A DNA stretch of 64,000 nt from positions 416,001-480,000 of the forward strand of contig CAVXXK010000001.1 in the NCBI GenBank assembly GCA_963765675.1, read 5' to 3'. Of the stretch, positions 60,100-64,000 are shown piece by piece. The position numbers and the translations under genes are program-made. A model generated the notes under the pieces. It made no database searches. It was not told the DNA's origin and saw nothing but the letters and a program-made list of their open reading frames with translations. The stretch's first letter is position 1; every line of letters starts with the position of its first letter. This DNA is from an uncultured delta proteobacterium (GTDB taxonomy: Bacteria > Desulfobacterota > Binatia > Binatales > Binataceae).

Positions 60100-60948
60100 A
60101 TGAAACCTGAGCTAGAAACGAGCCTCAAATTTTGGCGGATGTGGAGAGACATCGGAACATACACACTAATAGTAGGCGTCCTCGCCGAAAGCCTGCTTGA
60201 TTTGTTTTGGAAGGAAAAGCAGCCAGCCATTACGTTGGACGTTCGCACGAAGGCCGAAAAATTTTGCGCTTGGTGGAACCCACGAAACATAGCGATATTG
60301 GTCGTGATATTTGTCGTTGCCATAGGCATCGGCATGGAGATGGTCTTCGGCGATTGGGCTGACGACATCGCCGACCAAATGCGCGTTGATTCAACCGCGG
60401 AACTGACGGCGTTCGTAAGACTTGAAAGCGGAATCCGGGAAATTACTCGCGACGATCCGACATATAAATTGAAGCCCTTTGCCGGGACGACAATTGTCGT
60501 TCGTTTTATCGCATCACCCACCGTGTTCGGCAGTTGGACGATCGATGAGTGGTGGGAGGCGCAAAGCTTCGCCGGAAGCTTTGAAGAACTGGCGGCGCCT
60601 TGGTTGGGATGGAGATGCCGGATTCTATGGAAAACCCCGGTTTTGGCAGGAGTAGGGACAAACGATGTCACGATATATTCAGCCGCCGTCATAGGTGGCC
60701 ACAGCAAATTCAAGCGTCCTCCCGCCGGTACGCCAGAGCGCAAAGGATGGGATGCTGCCCACGCCCTCCTTTCGTTTCTGAACAATGACCTGAATCTTTG
60801 GACTGCCCGGTACGTGCCCTTGGAAAGATTTGACCAATGTTCGGGACCGGGAATAGGCAGGGATGCCGTGTGCGTGGAAGTCGGCGTTAACCATCCCACC
60901 CAAAACGTGGCCGCCTTTTTAGAACACAAAAACGAAGAGAACCGATGA
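60100..60948 (+). CDS. Passenger hypothetical protein with two N-terminal TM helices
   Basis: 282 aa ORF within the TIRs, lower GC, hydrophobic segments near aa 18-36 and 63-83. Confidence 0.6.
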   Translation: MKPELETSLKFWRMWRDIGTYTLIVGVLAESLLDLFWKEKQPAITLDVRTKAEKFCAWWNPRNIAILVVIFVVAIGIGMEMVFGDWADDIADQMRVDSTAELTAFVRLESGIREITRDDPTYKLKPFAGTTIVVRFIASPTVFGSWTIDEWWEAQSFAGSFEELAAPWLGWRCRILWKTPVLAGVGTNDVTIYSAAVIGGHSKFKRPPAGTPERKGWDAAHALLSFLNNDLNLWTARYVPLERFDQCSGPGIGRDAVCVEVGVNHPTQNVAAFLEHKNEENR

Positions 60949-61173
60949 AGGCGAAATACGCTCAGAAAATTCTGTTCTTCTACTGCTACAAGTGTCGGAG
61001 CTACGAACCGAAAACCAGTCCGCATTACCGGGCGCAGAAACAGCGCTTGTCCCGCCGTAAGGCAAAGCAAAAGGCAGAACAGAACGGTGACACTTCCGCG
61101 CCCATTGCGCCATAATCGCCGTTCGTCACCGTCGAAATCTGAAACAGAGTTAGAATCCGGCCTGTCAGGAGAA

Positions 61174-61202
61174 AGTGTAGCCGTTTCGTCAATGGTAGTC
61201 CA
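61174..61202 (-). promoter_or_regulatory. Inward-facing promoter overlapping the right TIR
   Basis: TGGACT-17 bp-TACACT on the minus strand, in the same register as the left-TIR promoter. Confidence 0.5.
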
Positions 61203-61261
61203 GAGGGGCATACTTCCCCTCGCGATGCGCCCGTCGTCGCGTGACGACGATTGCCTGAACA

Positions 61262-61338
61262 CCCTCTCCCCACGGGAGAGGGCGACGCGGCGCGATGCTT
61301 GCGTTTTTTTCGCAAGCATCGTGACGCGTGGGTGAGGG
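61262..61338. repeat. CCCTCTCCC/GGGAGAGGG-type REP with internal hairpin
   Basis: ccctctccc-cac-gggagaggg, cgatgcttgcg-T7-cgcaagcatcg, gggtgaggg. Confidence 0.7.
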
Positions 61339-61372
61339 TGCTGCTCTGCGATTTATGCTCCCATAAATTCGT

Positions 61373-61399
61373 TGTCACATTTCGGCAGGCCGCCTCGTC
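61373..61399 (+). promoter_or_regulatory. ECF41 (SigJ-type) target promoter
   Basis: TGTCACA-16 bp-CGTC, the published ECF41 consensus, upstream of an operon encoding an ECF41 sigma factor. Confidence 0.8.
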
Positions 61400-61425
61400 T
61401 GGTTTATAGAGAGGCAGGATTCGTG

Positions 61426-61869
61426 ATGCGCACCAAGCTCGCATGGCTCCTTGGATTGCTGTCGGCCGCAAACGGAGTTTTTATGATGCTGGCGCCGGCG
61501 CTCTGGTATGGAAGCATCCCCGGCGTACCGGAGACCGGAGCGTTCAACCCTCACTTCGTCCGCGACATCGGTGCAGCCTATATCGTCAGCGGAGCGGCTC
61601 TGGTGTGGTTCGCACGCGACTCGAGGGCGCGGCCTGCGGCGCTGGCGGCGTTTGCTTTTTTCGCACTCCACGCGCTGGTGCACGCGCACGACTTTATTAT
61701 GGCGAGCGAAACTTTGCGTTACGCGGCGCTTGATGTTCCGTCGATATACTTGCCGGCGGCGCTTGCGTTTTGGATTGCGTGGCCTCAACCGGACTGCGCA
61801 AAAGGAGAAATATCCGATGATCAAATGGCTGATTCGACGGCGGCTCGACGCGTTCGAACGCGAGTATGA
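61426..61869 (+). CDS. Small membrane protein (about 4 TM)
   Basis: ANG.FM.LAP..WY, FNPHFVRDIG, FALHALVH; hydrophobic. Confidence 0.7.
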   Translation: MRTKLAWLLGLLSAANGVFMMLAPALWYGSIPGVPETGAFNPHFVRDIGAAYIVSGAALVWFARDSRARPAALAAFAFFALHALVHAHDFIMASETLRYAALDVPSIYLPAALAFWIAWPQPDCAKGEISDDQMADSTAARRVRTRV

Positions 61870-62362
61870 CTATGACCTCAGCTATGGGCGCGATATCCTT
61901 GATGCCAGCGTGCGCGCCGCGGTCGCGCTTTCCCGGGTCATGAGCTTCTCGAACTATCGCGAGGATGCTCCGGCAAACGCCTGCTGCGCTGCCGGAATAG
62001 CGGGAACCGTGGCGGAGGATTGCGGACCCTGCACCCAGCTCGCGGTAACGATGGCGGAGCGTGGAGGCGTCGCGCCGGCTACGATCAAGGCGATCCTGGC
62101 AGGCGACGAGCGCGCGATGCCGCCCGATGCGGCGCTGGGCTTCCGGTTTGCGCAGGCGGTCCTGCGTCATGATCCCGAGGCCGACACCTTGCGCGAGGAA
62201 ATCGTGGCAAAATGGGGTAAGCGTGCATTGGTCTCGCTGGCCTTCGCGGTTACTTCGGCGCGGCTGTTTCCGACGCTCAAGTATGCGCTCGGCCACGGCC
62301 GCTCGTGCATGAAAGTCAGGGTCGCAGGATCGGACACGATGGTGGCGCGGCACGCCGCATGA
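61817..62362 (+). CDS. AhpD/carboxymuconolactone decarboxylase-like protein
   Basis: EDCGPC CxxC motif; AAGGAG RBS; usual ECF41 partner class. Confidence 0.7.
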   Translation: MIKWLIRRRLDAFEREYDYDLSYGRDILDASVRAAVALSRVMSFSNYREDAPANACCAAGIAGTVAEDCGPCTQLAVTMAERGGVAPATIKAILAGDERAMPPDAALGFRFAQAVLRHDPEADTLREEIVAKWGKRALVSLAFAVTSARLFPTLKYALGHGRSCMKVRVAGSDTMVARHAA

Positions 62363-63258
62363 CGGACGCATCAGACAACAAGGCGGCCGACGACTTCGAA
62401 GCGCATCGGCGCCATCTGACCGGGCTCGCCTACCGGATGCTCGGCTCGATCGCCGAGGCGCAGGATGTGGTGCAGGAAACTTACCTGCGATGGCATCGGG
62501 CCGATCGCGCAAAGGTCAGCGATGCGCGGGCGTTCCTGTCGCAGACCGCGACGCGGCTATGCCTGGATCAACTGAAATCGGCGCGCGCGCGGCATGAGCA
62601 TTACGTCGGGCCCTGGCTTCCGGATCCGGTGCTGGACGAAGCCGCGCTCGCCGCCGAGAGCGCCGGCGACTATGCGCATGACCTTTCGGTCGCGCTGATG
62701 CTGACGCTGGAGCGGCTCTCGCCGCTCGAGCGCGCGGCGTTTTTGCTGCATGACGTGTTCGACATGAATTTTGACGAGGTCGCGGAGACGCTGGACCGCA
62801 GTTCGGCTTCCTGCCGCCAACTGGCTACGCGGGCTCGAGCCCGCGTGCGCGCCTCGCGCCCGCGCTTTCGTCCGTCCGAGCAGGAATGCGAACGGCTCGT
62901 CACCGCTTTTGGCGCCGCCGCTCAGAGCGGCGACGCCGCGGCGCTGGCAGGATTGCTCGCCGATGACGTGATCTATTATTCGGACGCGGGCGGCAGAGCG
63001 ACCTCAGCCCTAAGGCCGATAGCAGGACGCGACAAGGTCGTCCGCCTGGTCACCGGGCTCTCGAGGAAGGGCCTCGCGACGATTCGAAAGATCAGCGCGA
63101 CGCAGATCAACGGATCGCCGGGCTTCATCTTCGAGCGCGCGGGCGGCGAAATTCTGACCATGGCATTCGATTTCCGCGACGGCCGGATCGCGAATATCTA
63201 CCTGACGATGAACCCCGAAAAGTTGCGCCATCTCGGCGCGAGCTCGACGCCGACTTAG
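62359..63258 (+). CDS. sigJ: ECF41 sigma factor with SnoaL-like C-terminal extension
   Basis: AYRMLGS, YVGPWLPDP, LERAAFLLHDVF, SDAGG, NPEKL. Confidence 0.9.
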   Translation: MTDASDNKAADDFEAHRRHLTGLAYRMLGSIAEAQDVVQETYLRWHRADRAKVSDARAFLSQTATRLCLDQLKSARARHEHYVGPWLPDPVLDEAALAAESAGDYAHDLSVALMLTLERLSPLERAAFLLHDVFDMNFDEVAETLDRSSASCRQLATRARARVRASRPRFRPSEQECERLVTAFGAAAQSGDAAALAGLLADDVIYYSDAGGRATSALRPIAGRDKVVRLVTGLSRKGLATIRKISATQINGSPGFIFERAGGEILTMAFDFRDGRIANIYLTMNPEKLRHLGASSTPT

Positions 63259-63259
63259 A

Positions 63260-64000
63260 TCATCGCGCGAGTTCCTTTACATAGTAATACGCCCGGTCCA
63301 CCTCGACGAAGCCGCATGACGGGTACAGCACGCGCGCGCGATCATTCACACTTGCGGTAGCGACCAAAGCGGTGTGCAGGCCACGCGACTGCATCCGGCG
63401 CAGGCCCTCGATAGTCACGGCGCGGGCGTATCCTCGTCCGGTGAAATCGGGGCGGCATCCGACCGGCTCGAAATGTCCGATGCGGTTGGCAGTGTCCTGC
63501 CATCCGATACAGTAGCTGAGGAATCTGCCGGTGGCGTCTTCCAGCACCACGTCAAGTTCCGGATCGTAGAGTGGCGCCGAGCGGAGCTTGCGATAACCGT
63601 CGATGGTTATCTTTGACGGACCCCAGACCGACCATGCGTCGCGATGGACGTCGACGCGCGCTTCGAGGTCGGCGTCGGTCGCGTGTCTTAGACGTAATCC
63701 CGCCGCCAGTTTCGGTTGAGCAATAGGAGCTGCGACCAGACTGAGCGAATAGAGGACGTCGAATCGGCCGGCCCGCGTGTAGCCATTTCGCTTCAGCAGT
63801 GCGATACGCTCAGGATCGCTATCGAGCACATGGGTTGAGAGCGTATTCTCGCCCAGCATCGCCCACGCCTTCGGGATTTTTTTACTGCCAGGGTGCAACA
63901 GACTCCGCCGTTGGCCTTCGGCCCATTTAAGGATTTCGCCCGCAAGCGAATCATCCAGCGACACGTCGGGTCCGATGTCGAAATCAAAATATAGCGGCGG
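63260..64000 (-). CDS. GNAT acetyltransferase (5' end lies beyond the window)
   Basis: FEPVGCRPDFTGRGYARA acetyl-CoA motif, N.RARVLY...GF; frame stays open to the window edge. Confidence 0.8.
   Translation of the reverse strand, partial: PPLYFDFDIGPDVSLDDSLAGEILKWAEGQRRSLLHPGSKKIPKAWAMLGENTLSTHVLDSDPERIALLKRNGYTRAGRFDVLYSLSLVAAPIAQPKLAAGLRLRHATDADLEARVDVHRDAWSVWGPSKITIDGYRKLRSAPLYDPELDVVLEDATGRFLSYCIGWQDTANRIGHFEPVGCRPDFTGRGYARAVTIEGLRRMQSRGLHTALVATASVNDRARVLYPSCGFVEVDRAYYYVKELAR

Larger units (their letters stand above)
58905..61218 (+). mobile_element. IS1595-family element carrying a passenger gene
   Basis: 25-bp TIRs 58905-58929 and 61194-61218 (21/25 match); 8-bp TSD ctcgcgat at 58897-58904 and 61219-61226. 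Confidence 0.92.

Noticed and set aside
59964-61319. 451-aa minus-strand ORF across the IS right half
   Set aside because: Starts outside the element, crosses the TIR and has shadow-frame composition opposite the passenger gene; only its last ~40 aa look TM-like and they lack a start

Overview
GC-rich bacterial chromosomal window. The IclR N-terminus, dNK, kelch protein and ETF fusion suggest a deltaproteobacteria-like lineage such as Ca. Binatota (inference only). 1-13.4 kb is an accessory catabolic block: D-aminoacylase-like amidohydrolase, enoyl-CoA hydratase, SDR, GPH-type MFS, ABC-2 exporter, two Tat-exported BBE-like flavoproteins plus a truncated third copy, TetR and a monooxygenase remnant. 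13.6-48 kb is mostly housekeeping or metabolic genes (ETF beta-alpha fusion, FecCD/BtuF-type ABC, hydA, YegD-like Hsp70, MaoC pair with an orphan PaaA-like protein, ispH, moaDE fusion, moaB, csp, biotin carboxylase, GH38), with a low-GC islet at about 30.4-31.5 kb. 48-64 kb is plastic: a collapsed RelE/Phd remnant, a vapBC islet flanked by a duplicated gene 5' end, clusters of several REP families, and an ECF41 locus. The most striking element is a 2314-bp IS1595-family cargo-carrying element with 25-bp TIRs and an 8-bp TSD. It is inserted exactly in the loop of a GTAG-type REP, and both TIRs carry inward sigma70-like promoters; the right one points into a structured non-coding segment. I saw no tRNA, rRNA or CRISPR array. 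Several single-base frameshifts may be assembly errors.
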